Notes under the pieces: generated by a model
Seen by the model: the letters and a program-made list of their open reading frames with translations, nothing else
What the model was told of the DNA's origin: nothing
Databases searched by the model: none
Program-made: the position numbers and the translations under genes
In this document: positions 9,250 to 18,896 of the stretch, one piece after another
Position numbering within the stretch: the stretch's first letter is position 1
How the letters are laid out: every line of letters begins with the position of its first letter
NCBI GenBank assembly: GCA_965116905.1
Contig: OZ220732.1
Span: 1,664,001-1,728,000, forward strand
Length of the DNA: 64,000 nt
Source of the DNA: Longimicrobiales bacterium
GTDB lineage: Bacteria; Gemmatimonadota; Gemmatimonadetes; Longimicrobiales; Gaopeijiaceae
Direction of reading: 5' to 3'

Positions 9250-10154
9250 ACATCAGCGGAGTAATGATTCCGACGACCACGCCCTTCCACCCGGTCACGG
9301 GCGAGGTCGATCTGGCGGGCCTGAGGGCGAACGTGGAGAAGTGGGCGGCGACCGGGGTCAGCGGGCTGGTCATCGGCGGCTCGACAGGCGAGGCCGTCTT
9401 CCTCGACGAGCAGGAACGCGACCGGTGCTGGGCCACGGTCAGCGATTCCGTGCCCGACGACATGACGCTCGTCGCGGGAACCGGTGCCGAATCGTTGCGC
9501 ACGACCCTGCGGCTGACCGCGATGGCCGTGACCCGGGGATTCAATGCCGTGCTCGTTCAGCCGCCGGCCTTCTACAAGGGGGCGATGAGCGACGAGGTGG
9601 TCCGCGACCACTACCTGGCCGTGGCGGATGCGGCCGAAGTGCCGGTCATCCTGTACCAGGTGCCGACGCGGTTCAGCACGCTGGACTTCCCCACCGGCCT
9701 GATCGCCGAGCTCTCCGAACACGAGAACATCATCGGAATCAAGGATTCGCGCGGATCCCTGGAGAAGGTGGGCGAGCTGGTGACGCAGACCCAGCACGGG
9801 TTCCAGGTGCTCGTCGGGAGTGGAAGCCTCCTCTACGCGTCGCTCGAGATCGGTGCCGTCGGCGGCATCCTGGGCGTGGCCAACCTGGCGCCTGCCGAAT
9901 GCGCGGACATCCACACGCTCTTCGTAAACGGCGACCGGGCGGGCGCGGGTGCCCTCCAGGAGCGCGTCGGGCCGCTGCACAATGCGGTGGTCGGGGGCAT
10001 GGGCGTGGCCGGGGTGAAGTGCGGACTCGACGTACTCGGCTACCACGGCGGTGCGCCGCGGCCTCCGCTCAAGCCGTTGGCCGAGGGTCGCCGGAACGCG
10101 GTGATCGACCACCTCGACGCGGCGGGCGTGCTGACCGTCGGCGCAACTTCCTGA
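9246..10154 (+). CDS. Dihydrodipicolinate synthase / 4-hydroxy-2-oxoglutarate aldolase family lyase; probable ATA start at 9246 (first ATG at 9264)
   Basis: TTTPF, GSTGE, ILYQVP, IIGIKDS Schiff-base Lys; AAGGAG 7 nt before ATA. Confidence 0.9.
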   Translation: MDISGVMIPTTTPFHPVTGEVDLAGLRANVEKWAATGVSGLVIGGSTGEAVFLDEQERDRCWATVSDSVPDDMTLVAGTGAESLRTTLRLTAMAVTRGFNAVLVQPPAFYKGAMSDEVVRDHYLAVADAAEVPVILYQVPTRFSTLDFPTGLIAELSEHENIIGIKDSRGSLEKVGELVTQTQHGFQVLVGSGSLLYASLEIGAVGGILGVANLAPAECADIHTLFVNGDRAGAGALQERVGPLHNAVVGGMGVAGVKCGLDVLGYHGGAPRPPLKPLAEGRRNAVIDHLDAAGVLTVGATS

Positions 10155-10166
10155 CCGGCGTTTTCA

Positions 10167-11465
10167 GTGACCTCGGTGGACACGAGCGCGCTCAACGGAT
10201 CCTGCACGGTCGTTGTAGGCTGCCAATGGGGTGACGAGGGCAAGGGCAAGATCGTCGACGTGCTGGCCGGTGACGTGGACGTCATCGCACGCTATCAGGG
10301 GGGCGCCAACGCGGGGCACACGGTGCACGTCGGGGACCAGCACATCGTCCTGCACCAGGTCCCCTCGGGCGTGCTGCACCCCCGGAAGCGGTGCCTGCTC
10401 GGCAACGGCGTCGTGCTGGATGTCGTCCAGTTCTTCGGCGAACTCGACGAGCTGGCCGAGCGCGGGATCGACCCGGGCGGGCGCATCGGGGTGAGCACCC
10501 GGGCGCACATCGTCTTCCCCTACCACAAGGCCCTCGATCTGGCAGCCGAGGACGCCGCGCGCGACAAGATCGGGACCACCGGCCGGGGAATCGGCCCTGC
10601 CTACGAGGCCAAGACCGGCCGCCGCGGACTGCGGGTTGCCGACCTGCTCGAGCGCGGGAGCGTGATCGACAAGGTCATTCGCGGGGTCGAGTGGGCGAGG
10701 GCGCGGCTGCGCGAACTGAGGGCGGATCCCGATCTGGCGGGAACCGTGGAGGGGGCGCTCGAGCTTTCGCATCGCCTGCCCGCGGTGGCCACGGATGTGG
10801 GGGACGAGATCGCGCGTGCGCTGAAGGACGGCAAGCGTGTGCTCCTCGAGGGCGCACAGGGCACCGCGCTGGATGTGGACCACGGCAGCTACCCGTATGT
10901 CACGTCGTCCAACACCACGGCCGGATCCGCCGCCGTGGGGACCGGGATCGGTCCGACCGCGATCGATTCCGTCGTCGGCGTGGTCAAGGCCTACACCACC
11001 CGGGTCGGAAACGGCCCGCTGCCGACGGCCTTCGACGACGACATGGACAAGGTCGTGCGCGAACTGGGCGCCGAGTTCGGCGCGACGACGGGCCGGCCGC
11101 GCCGCTGCGGCTGGTTCGACGCGGTGCTGGCAGCCTACTCGGCGCGTGTGAACGGACTGACCGGCATCGCCGTCACGAAGCTGGACGTCCTGGACACGCT
11201 GCCCGAGTTGAAGATCGCGACCGGCTACCGGATCGAGGGTGCGGTGCAGTCGCTCTTCCCGGCCGGGGTGCGGGAGCTGGAGGGCGCCGAACCCGTCTAC
11301 GAAACCCTGCCGGGCTGGCAGACCCCTACGACGGGTGCACGCACGATGAGCGAACTCCCCGCCAACGCGCGCGCCTACCTGAAGCGGATCGAGGAGTTGG
11401 TGGACACGCCGGTCGTGATGGTGTCGGTCGGGACCCGCCGAAGCCAGGTGATCTGCCGGCAGTGA
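10167..11465 (+). CDS. purA: Adenylosuccinate synthetase
   Basis: QWGDEGKGK, GGANAGHT, IGTTGRGIGP, EGAQG, GATTGRPRRCGWFD. Confidence 0.98.
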   Translation: MTSVDTSALNGSCTVVVGCQWGDEGKGKIVDVLAGDVDVIARYQGGANAGHTVHVGDQHIVLHQVPSGVLHPRKRCLLGNGVVLDVVQFFGELDELAERGIDPGGRIGVSTRAHIVFPYHKALDLAAEDAARDKIGTTGRGIGPAYEAKTGRRGLRVADLLERGSVIDKVIRGVEWARARLRELRADPDLAGTVEGALELSHRLPAVATDVGDEIARALKDGKRVLLEGAQGTALDVDHGSYPYVTSSNTTAGSAAVGTGIGPTAIDSVVGVVKAYTTRVGNGPLPTAFDDDMDKVVRELGAEFGATTGRPRRCGWFDAVLAAYSARVNGLTGIAVTKLDVLDTLPELKIATGYRIEGAVQSLFPAGVRELEGAEPVYETLPGWQTPTTGARTMSELPANARAYLKRIEELVDTPVVMVSVGTRRSQVICRQ

Positions 11466-11485
11466 GGGGATCGGTGCCGGTTTTG

Positions 11486-11514
11486 TTGAATCCTGCCCTG
11501 GCTCCGGCTATCTT
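11486..11514 (+). promoter_or_regulatory. Sigma70-type promoter for ffh operon: TTGAAT-N17-TATCTT
   Basis: 17-nt spacing, ~30 nt upstream of the ffh ATG; followed by hairpin CCGCC-N6-GGCGG. Confidence 0.6.
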
Positions 11515-11546
11515 TAAGGGCTGTACCGCCTTCCACGGCGGATTCG

Positions 11547-12854
11547 ATGTTTGAAGACCTGAGCAGGAAACTGGACGGGGTTCTGGGACGCCTTCGCCAA
11601 CGCGGAGTGCTCACGGAACCCATGATCCGCGACGGGCTGCGGGAGGTGCGCCTAGCACTCCTCGAAGCCGACGTCAACTTCAGGGTCACGCGAGACTTCC
11701 TGAAGCGGGTCCAGGAAAAGGCCCTTGGCGAACGGGTGCTGAAATCGGTTTCGCCGGGGCAGCAGATCGTCAAGATCGTCAACGACGAACTGGCCGCGCT
11801 GATCGGCAGCGAGGGCGAGACCGTGCTTGCGTGGTCACCGGCCCCTCCGACCGTCATCATGCTGGTGGGGCTCCAGGGCTCCGGAAAGACCTCCACGGCG
11901 GCAAAGCTCGCCCGGAGGCTTGCGCGGCAGGGAAGGTCGCCGTTGCTCGCGGCGTGTGATCTGTACCGGCCCGCCGCGGTCGATCAGTTGAGGGTGCTCG
12001 GCAAGCAGGTGCGGGTTCCGGTGCACTTCCTGGAGGGCGCCACCGATCCCGTGGCCGTGGCGAGCGATGCCCATGAGCACGCGCGTCGCACCAAGGCAGG
12101 CGTCCTCATCGTCGATACGGCGGGGCGGCTTCAGATCGACGAGCCCTTGATGGACGAGTTGGCTCGACTGAAGGACACGCTGAAGCCGCGCGAGATCCTG
12201 CTGGTCGCGGATGCGATGACCGGGCAGGAGGCCGTTCGCATCGCCGAAGGCTTCGACCGGGTGCTCGACCTGACCGGTTTCGTCCTGGCCAAGATGGACG
12301 GCGACGCGCGCGGCGGGGCAGCCCTGTCGATCCGGAGCGTCACCGGCAAGCCGCTCAAGTTCGTCGGCACCGGCGAAGGGATGGACGCGCTCGACGCGGT
12401 GGATCCACAGCGGATCGCCGGCCGCATCCTCCAGCGCGGAGACGTGGTCGGGCTGGTCGAACGGGCGCAGGCGGTCGTCGATGCCGGCGAGGCCGAGGCC
12501 CTGCAGGACAAGGTGCTCGGGAAGGGGCGCTTCACCCTGGAGGACTTCCTCGTTGCGATGCGGCAGGTGCAGAAGATGGGGCCGCTGGACCAGTTGTTGA
12601 AGCTGATTCCGGGGGTGCCGCGCGCGCTTTCGCCGAACGACGTGGACCCGAAGAAGATGAAGCACATCGAGGCGATCATCCTTTCGATGACGCCCGACGA
12701 GCGCCGCCGCCCGGAGATCCTGAACGGGTCGCGCAGGAGGCGGATCGCCCGCGGAAGCGGCCGGCCCGTGTCCGAGGTGAACCGGCTCATGAAGCGGTTC
12801 GCCGAAATGGAAGAAGTGATGAAGAGAATGAAGGGGCTGATGCCCCAGCTGTAA
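11547..12854 (+). CDS. ffh: Signal recognition particle protein Ffh
   Basis: ALLEADV, GLQGSGKT, DTAGR, KMDGDARGGAALS, M-domain SRRRRIARGSG. Confidence 0.98.
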   Translation: MFEDLSRKLDGVLGRLRQRGVLTEPMIRDGLREVRLALLEADVNFRVTRDFLKRVQEKALGERVLKSVSPGQQIVKIVNDELAALIGSEGETVLAWSPAPPTVIMLVGLQGSGKTSTAAKLARRLARQGRSPLLAACDLYRPAAVDQLRVLGKQVRVPVHFLEGATDPVAVASDAHEHARRTKAGVLIVDTAGRLQIDEPLMDELARLKDTLKPREILLVADAMTGQEAVRIAEGFDRVLDLTGFVLAKMDGDARGGAALSIRSVTGKPLKFVGTGEGMDALDAVDPQRIAGRILQRGDVVGLVERAQAVVDAGEAEALQDKVLGKGRFTLEDFLVAMRQVQKMGPLDQLLKLIPGVPRALSPNDVDPKKMKHIEAIILSMTPDERRRPEILNGSRRRRIARGSGRPVSEVNRLMKRFAEMEEVMKRMKGLMPQL

Positions 12855-12878
12855 CCCCAGAAAACCCGGCAGGGAAAA

Positions 12879-13451
12879 ATGTCAGTAAAGATTCGCCTCA
12901 GGCGGATGGGAAAGAAGAAGCAGCCTCACTACCGCATCGTTGTCGCCGACAGCCGTTCCCCACGGGACGGCCGGTTCGTCGAGAACCTGGGGTACTACAA
13001 CCCGATCCCGGACCCGGCCCGTCTGGTCCTCGACCTCGACCGGGTCGACTACTGGGTCGGCCAGGGGGCGATCCTGACCCGGACCGTCGGCAACCTGGTA
13101 TCGAAGGCCAGGGCCGGTGGGGATGACAGCGTGGCCCTGGGAGACCTCGGCACCGATGCGGTGGCCGCTGGAAACGGAAAGGCCGATGGGGCGGATGCGC
13201 CGCCTGCAGCCGAAGCGGCGCCCGAGTCCACCGCCGAGGCGGATGCCGCGCCCGAAGTCGAGGCCGGAACTGACGCCGATCCCGCCGCCGAAGCCGAGGC
13301 ATCGGCCGAGGCCGAAGCCGACGCAGAGGCCGAAGCCGAGGCCGCCGAAGCGGACGCGCCCGCCGACGCAGAGGACGAACCCGAAGCCGAAGCGGACGTG
13401 CCCGCCGAAGCCGAGGCCGGCTCCGAGCCCGCGGAGGGCGAAACCGCGTAG
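12879..13451 (+). CDS. rpsP: 30S ribosomal protein S16 with ~100-aa acidic Ala/Glu/Asp-rich C-terminal tail
   Basis: [42 protein letters not shown]. Confidence 0.97.
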   Translation: MSVKIRLRRMGKKKQPHYRIVVADSRSPRDGRFVENLGYYNPIPDPARLVLDLDRVDYWVGQGAILTRTVGNLVSKARAGGDDSVALGDLGTDAVAAGNGKADGADAPPAAEAAPESTAEADAAPEVEAGTDADPAAEAEASAEAEADAEAEAEAAEADAPADAEDEPEAEADVPAEAEAGSEPAEGETA

Positions 13452-13457
13452 TCGGCC

Positions 13458-14000
13458 GTGGCCAGCGGCGACAACCCTCCCTTCCTGGTCGTGGGCCACC
13501 TCAACAAGGCCCACGGTACTCGCGGGGAGCTGTTCATTTGGCCGTTGACGGACTATCCGGAGACGCACTTCGCTCCCGGAGTGGTCCACTTTCCCGGGGA
13601 CGACGAGGGACAGACGCCCTCGACCGACCTCGATCCGCTCACCATCGAGTCCGTCCGGCCCTACCGGAAGGGCTTCCTCGCCCGATTCCGGGGGATCGGC
13701 GATCGGACCGCCGCGGAACGACTGCGGGGCCGGTATCTCCTCCGGCCGTTCGAAGCGATGGACGAGCTGGCAGAGGGCGAGATCTTCTATCATGAGCTTC
13801 TGGGGTCCACCGTCGTCACGCGCGACGGGTCGGTACTCGGCAGCATCAAGGAGGTGTACGCGCTGAAGCCCGCCGATATGCTCGAGGTGGCGGGTCCGGA
13901 CGGCGACATCATGCTTCCGCTGATACCCGAGATGGTCGTCGAGTTCGATCGCGAGGAGGGCAAGGTCGTGGTCGATCCACCCGAAGGGCTGCTTTCCTGA
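13458..14000 (+). CDS. rimM: Ribosome maturation factor RimM
   Basis: VGHLNKAHGTRGE, AERLRG, EIFYHELLG, VVVDPPEGLL; synteny. Confidence 0.95.
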   Translation: MASGDNPPFLVVGHLNKAHGTRGELFIWPLTDYPETHFAPGVVHFPGDDEGQTPSTDLDPLTIESVRPYRKGFLARFRGIGDRTAAERLRGRYLLRPFEAMDELAEGEIFYHELLGSTVVTRDGSVLGSIKEVYALKPADMLEVAGPDGDIMLPLIPEMVVEFDREEGKVVVDPPEGLLS

Positions 14001-14653
14001 TGCGCGTCAACGTGGTGACCATCTTCCCCGGCTTCTTCACGACGCCCCTCCAGGCCAGCATCCCCGGCAGGGCCGCGGGGTCGGGGCTGGTGTCCTACCG
14101 CGTGGTGGACCTGAGGGACTACACCCACGACGTGCATCGTACCGTCGACGACCAGCCCTACGGCGGCGGTGCGGGCATGGTGATGAAGCCCGAGCCGTTC
14201 TTCGAAGCGATCGACGATCTCGGCCCGGCCGGCCCCATCGTGCTGCTGTCCGCTCGCGGGCGGCGGTTCCGCCACGACGACGCGGTCCGGCTGTCGCTCG
14301 AGCCCGAGGTCACATTCCTCTGCGGGCACTACAAGGACGTGGACCAGCGTGTTGCCGACCACCTGGCGACGGAAGAGCTGTCGCTGGGGGACTTCGTCGT
14401 CTCAGGGGGCGAGGTCGCGGCGCTGGCCATGATCGATGCGGTCGTGCGCCTGCTGCCCGGCGCGCTCGGCGACCACGAGTCGGCATCGTCGGATTCGTTC
14501 TATGACGGTGACGCGATATCCGCTCCCTCCTACACGAGGCCAGCGGACTACCGGGGCATGCAAGTCCCGGAAGTGCTGCGGAGCGGCGACCACCGGCGCA
14601 TCGAGGAGTGGCGGGCGGCCGAGTCGGAGAGGCTCACGCGCAAACGTTCGTAG
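14000..14653 (+). CDS. trmD: tRNA (guanine-N1)-methyltransferase
   Basis: VDDQPYGGGAGMVMKPEP, LCGHY, SLGDFVVSGGE, YTRPADYRG. Confidence 0.97.
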   Translation: MRVNVVTIFPGFFTTPLQASIPGRAAGSGLVSYRVVDLRDYTHDVHRTVDDQPYGGGAGMVMKPEPFFEAIDDLGPAGPIVLLSARGRRFRHDDAVRLSLEPEVTFLCGHYKDVDQRVADHLATEELSLGDFVVSGGEVAALAMIDAVVRLLPGALGDHESASSDSFYDGDAISAPSYTRPADYRGMQVPEVLRSGDHRRIEEWRAAESERLTRKRS

Positions 14654-14686
14654 CCGCCGCAGCTGCTGGCGGCCGAACGCGTGGCT

Positions 14687-15100
14687 TCAGCGCTCCCTGG
14701 CGCTGTTCGCTTCGAGTTTCTTCAGCACCGTTTCCCTAAGATGCCGCCGCTCTTCGGCGAGCTCCCTGACCGCTTCCAGGCGCTCCCGCACCGCCTCCAG
14801 GCTCTTCCGCGGCGCGACAACGGTCAAATGTCTGCAGCGGTGCGTGGCGCCCTCAGATGCCCGTGGAACCTGGAATCCCGTGCGGAAGTGCCATCCGGCA
14901 GGCGTGCTCGTGACGTCGGCGCCGTCGACGGTCACCGCATACATCACCGACCAGTGAGCCTCGTGCGGCGTACACCCCATCGCGGAATCCCGGGTTTCGG
15001 CCGAGTTCGAGCGCGTGAACGCCAGCGTCGCGGCTACGGCCAGCGCGGTGCTCCCCACGATCACCCCCGTCGCCATCAAATCGGTCCCCGGTTTGCGCAT
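14687..15100 (-). CDS. Hypothetical membrane-anchored protein with C-terminal coiled coil, antisense within the ribosomal cluster
   Basis: ATG 15100 with GGAGAGGA RBS; N-terminal TM (GVIVGSTALAVAATLAF); LEAVRERLEAVRE repeat. Confidence 0.55.
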   Translation of the reverse strand: MRKPGTDLMATGVIVGSTALAVAATLAFTRSNSAETRDSAMGCTPHEAHWSVMYAVTVDGADVTSTPAGWHFRTGFQVPRASEGATHRCRHLTVVAPRKSLEAVRERLEAVRELAEERRHLRETVLKKLEANSARER

Positions 15101-15256
15101 TGTCCTCTCCTCCCCTGCAGTGATCGTGTGTGAGTGCGCTTGAGACACGGGGAACGCTCGAGAGGGTTGCCGGTGCGTTGGCGGTTGGGTTGGCGGGCGG
15201 GGTGGCGGCAGGGTGCCGGATTGGGTGCCGGATGGAGTATCGGCAGGGTGCCGGGG

Positions 15257-15285
15257 TTCCAAAAGACGGCTGCTGTTTCTACCTT
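15257..15285 (+). promoter_or_regulatory. Candidate internal promoter for rplS: TTCCAA-N17-TACCTT
   Basis: 17-nt spacing; -10 and downstream TACCTTTCAGGGCT resemble ffh promoter TATCTTTAAGGGCT. Confidence 0.5.
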
Positions 15286-15342
15286 TCAGGGCTACCATTT
15301 GGAACGGTGCACAACGGCAACGTCACAGTCAGGAGGCCGGCC

Positions 15343-15702
15343 ATGGCGGACATCCTCCAGCAACTCGATACGGAACAGACGAGGACCGATCTGCCCAACT
15401 TCGCGCCCGGCGACACGATCAAGGTGCTCTACCGGGTGCGCGAAGGACAGAAGGAGCGTATCCAGGTCTTCGAAGGCGTCTGCCTGGTGCGCCGTGGTTC
15501 CGGCATGGGCGAGACCTTCACCGTCCGCAAACGGTCGGGCGGCATCGGTGTCGAACGCGTGTTCCCGGTCCATGCCCCGACCGTGGGCGGTGTCGAGGTC
15601 GTTCGGCGCGGACGCGTGCGCCGGGCGAAGCTCTACTACCTGCGCGGTCTGCGTGGGAAAGCCGCGCGGATCAAGGAGAAACGCACCCACCGGCCCAACT
15701 AG
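15343..15702 (+). CDS. rplS: 50S ribosomal protein L19
   Basis: [44 protein letters not shown]. Confidence 0.98.
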   Translation: MADILQQLDTEQTRTDLPNFAPGDTIKVLYRVREGQKERIQVFEGVCLVRRGSGMGETFTVRKRSGGIGVERVFPVHAPTVGGVEVVRRGRVRRAKLYYLRGLRGKAARIKEKRTHRPN

Positions 15703-15714
15703 TGCGCCGGGATC

Positions 15715-16353
15715 GTGGAATCCCGCTCTGGCATTCTTGACTACGAGCGGGACCTGTGGGCGCGCGGCGTCGCGCGGGTTGCCGGAGTCGACGAGGTCGG
15801 GCGCGGACCACTGGCCGGACCGGTCGTGGCAGCCGCCGTCATCCTGGCCGAAGATGTCGCGATCGATGGCGCGACGGACTCCAAGGCGCTGACACCGGAG
15901 CGCCGAACGGAGATCGCCACCGAGATCGAGGCGCACGCGGCGGCGATTGCGCTCGGTGCCGCGTCCGTGCGCGAGATCGACCGGCTGAACATCCTGCGCG
16001 CCACCACCCGTGCGATGACCCGGGCCCTTGGCCGCTTGCCGGTTACGCCGGACCACGTGGTGGTGGACGGATTGCCGGTCCGGGATCTGGGATGGGAACA
16101 CGAGGCTGTGGTCGGAGGTGACGCGCGGGTCCACTCGATCGCGTGCGCTTCGATCGTGGCCAAGGTCTGCCGCGACCGGCTCATGACCCTGCTGGCGGCC
16201 CGTTATCCGGACTACGGCTGGGAGCACAACATGGGCTACGCGACCCACCGGCACAGATCGGCCCTGCGGGAGTCGGGACTCACACCGCACCACCGCACGA
16301 CCTTCGGCCTGTTGCAACTCGAACTGCCGCTGGCCGACCTGGAGGACGGATAG
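15715..16353 (+). CDS. rnhB: Ribonuclease HII
   Basis: AGVDEVGRGPLAGPVVAAAV, DSK, GDARVHSIACASIVAKVCRD. Confidence 0.97.
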   Translation: MESRSGILDYERDLWARGVARVAGVDEVGRGPLAGPVVAAAVILAEDVAIDGATDSKALTPERRTEIATEIEAHAAAIALGAASVREIDRLNILRATTRAMTRALGRLPVTPDHVVVDGLPVRDLGWEHEAVVGGDARVHSIACASIVAKVCRDRLMTLLAARYPDYGWEHNMGYATHRHRSALRESGLTPHHRTTFGLLQLELPLADLEDG

Positions 16354-16404
16354 GCGGTGTCGCGGACGGGATAACCGGTGTCGGGGACCAATAGCGGTGT
16401 CGGC
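16344..16404 (+). repeat. Three degenerate ~20-nt copies of the rnhB 3' end, each with a stop codon (TAG/TAA/TAG)
   Basis: GGACGGATAGGCGGTGTCGC / GGACGGGATAACCGGTGTCGG / GGACCAATAGCGGTGTCGGC. Confidence 0.75.
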
Positions 16405-16466
16405 GGCCGGCGACCCTGCCGAAGCCGAGTGTCCCGCCAGCCTCGCTCCGGCGTTACTTTTCCGGC

Positions 16467-16536
<70 letters not shown>

Positions 16537-16539
<3 letters not shown>

Positions 16540-17631
16540 CTGGGGGGATCGCCACCCCTGATCCGCCGGCTCGTCCGGATCCGAGATCAGGAAGCGAATC
16601 AGCTCGGCGTGGAACTCGTCCGGGATCTCGAAATGAGGTGAGTGGCCCGCGCCCGGAAAGAGCACCAGCTCGGCGTTCTGCAACTGCTCGGCCACGTTGC
16701 GCGCGGCGGCGGGATAGTCGCGCACCAGGCGGTCCTCGGAGCCACCGATCACCAGCGCCTTGGTCCCGATGTACTGCCATTCGTGCACAACCGGGTCCTC
16801 GAACAGGATCCGCCGCTGGGCAGCCCGCACCTGGGCCATGCGCGGCCAGTCGCCGCCCAGGGTGAGTCCGTACTGATACATGACCCAGGGCAGGTACTCG
16901 TCCCGCCAGCCGTTGGGGTAGTAGCGCCGGTGCCCGGCCAGTACTGAACGGTAGGTGGTGCCCTCCAGCACCGAACGGTAGGTATCCTCCGGGTCCGTCC
17001 AGGGCCTTCCCGGCCGTGTATCGGTCAGGCCGATCTGATTCACCATGACCACGTGCGACGTGACGTCCGGATAGGTCGACGCGAAGCGGGTCGCCACCAT
17101 CCCGCCCATGGAGTGCCCGACGATGGCCACGCGCTCGAGGCCGAGCTCGTCGAGCAGAGCCTTCGTGTTCCTTGCCGGCATGTGCAGGTTGTAGTGGATC
17201 AGGGGCTTGGAAGAGCGACCGTAGCCGAGGCGATCGACGGCGATCACCCGAAAGCCGGCGTCGGTCAGTGCGCTGATGGTCGGGGCGAAGGCAGCCGCGA
17301 AGAAGTTCATCCCGTGGAAGAGGACGACCGTGCGGCCGTTCGCTTCACCCGATGGCGCGACATCCATGTAGGCCATGCGGTGGTCGCGCCCCATCAGGTG
17401 CACGTTCATGTAGGCGACGGGATGCGGATACGGGACGTTGGAGTAGTCGATGGCTGTCGGCTCCCAGCCGGGAGGAGGGTCGGCGGGCGGTTCCCGCTGG
17501 GCCGCCGCGTTTGCCGGGCCGAGGGCAGGGAGGACGACGGCGAGGCCGAGAGCGAAGCCGGCAAGGCAGAGAGCAAGCACGGCGAGATCGACGGTGCGGC
17601 GGAGGACGGACGTCACGGGCATCGGAGGCAA
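16537..17631 (-). CDS. Secreted alpha/beta hydrolase
   Basis: Signal peptide, LFHGMNF, DRLGYGRSSKP, GHSMGG nucleophile elbow, GAGHSPHFE; start may be 17622. Confidence 0.9.
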
Positions 17632-17798
17632 GGCCTTTCTGAACGGTCGGGAATGCGGGCTGGTCTGACGTTCCCATAAACTGGGCTGTCGTGGGCCGCC
17701 GCGTCACGCCTCGTGCCGGTTTGCCCATGGCCTGCGGATCGTCTAACCTGCTCCCGGTTGCCCGTCGTTCCTCCCCACGGCCCCCCAAGGAGCGCACC

Positions 17799-18896
17799 AT
17801 GCCCCGCAGTCCCCTTGCCCCCGTCACCATCCGGCGCACCCGCCCTACCCGCCCTACCCCCCTCACCCGGCCTCGGTCCCGATCCGTTGCGGCGGCCCTC
17901 TCCGCCCTGCTGATCCTCGCGGCTCCCGCCTGCGCACAGACCACCCGCACATTCGGCGACGACCCCGGCCTCGCCCACCTCGCCGACGAGGTCGCGCGGC
18001 TGGCCGAACACGCGGAAGGCACGGTGGGCGTCGCGGCCTACCACCTCGAAACGGGGCGCGGGATCACGCTGAACGGCGGCGAACGCTTCCCCATGGCGAG
18101 CACCTACAAGGTCCCCATCGCGGTGCAGATCCTGACGATGGTCGACAACGGCGAACTTTCGCTCCACGACCTCGTCGAAGTCGACCAGAAGGACGTCTAC
18201 CTGACCGCGAGCGCGATCAGCGACCTCATCGACGACCCCGGCCTCCAGATCTCGATCCACAACCTGCTCGAGATGATGCTCCAGATCAGCGACAACATCG
18301 CCACGGACCTGCTCATGCGGGAGGCGGGTGGAGCGGCTGCCGTGACCGAGCGAATGGCCGCGGTCGGGGCCGGCGGGATCCGGGTCGACCGCCCCACCTG
18401 GGCCCTGATCGCCAACTGGCTCGGCGATGCGGACATATCGGAGGACAACCAGCCGGCGCCGGAGGACTACCGGAGGCTGCTCGAAGCGGAGCGCACCGAC
18501 GCGTCGGTGGCTGCCCTCAACGACGCCTTCAACGCCGATCCGCGCGATACCTCGACCCCTGAGGCCATGTCCTCGCTGCTGCAGAAGATCTGGAACCGGG
18601 AGATTCTGTCGGAGGAGAGTTCGGCGCTGCTGATCGACATCATGTACCGCTGCCAGACCGGTGAGGCGCGGCTCAAGGGCTCGCTGCCGCCGGGCACCGA
18701 AGTCGCCCACAAGACGGGCACGATCGGCCAGACGACCAACGATGTCGGGATCATCGATCTGCCGGGCGGTGCGGGCCACGTCGTGACGGTCGTGTACATC
18801 AAGGAGTCGGAGGTCGAGAGCGTTGCCGACCGCGAGCCCGTGATCGCACAGATCGCGAGGGCGGTGCACGACTATTTCGTGTTCAACCGTGGCTAG
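17799..18896 (+). CDS. Class A beta-lactamase-like serine hydrolase with long omega-loop insertion
   Basis: AAGGAG RBS; FPMASTYK (SxxK), SDN, DTSTP, HKTGT; DRPT where DRxE is expected. Confidence 0.88.
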   Translation: MPRSPLAPVTIRRTRPTRPTPLTRPRSRSVAAALSALLILAAPACAQTTRTFGDDPGLAHLADEVARLAEHAEGTVGVAAYHLETGRGITLNGGERFPMASTYKVPIAVQILTMVDNGELSLHDLVEVDQKDVYLTASAISDLIDDPGLQISIHNLLEMMLQISDNIATDLLMREAGGAAAVTERMAAVGAGGIRVDRPTWALIANWLGDADISEDNQPAPEDYRRLLEAERTDASVAALNDAFNADPRDTSTPEAMSSLLQKIWNREILSEESSALLIDIMYRCQTGEARLKGSLPPGTEVAHKTGTIGQTTNDVGIIDLPGGAGHVVTVVYIKESEVESVADREPVIAQIARAVHDYFVFNRG

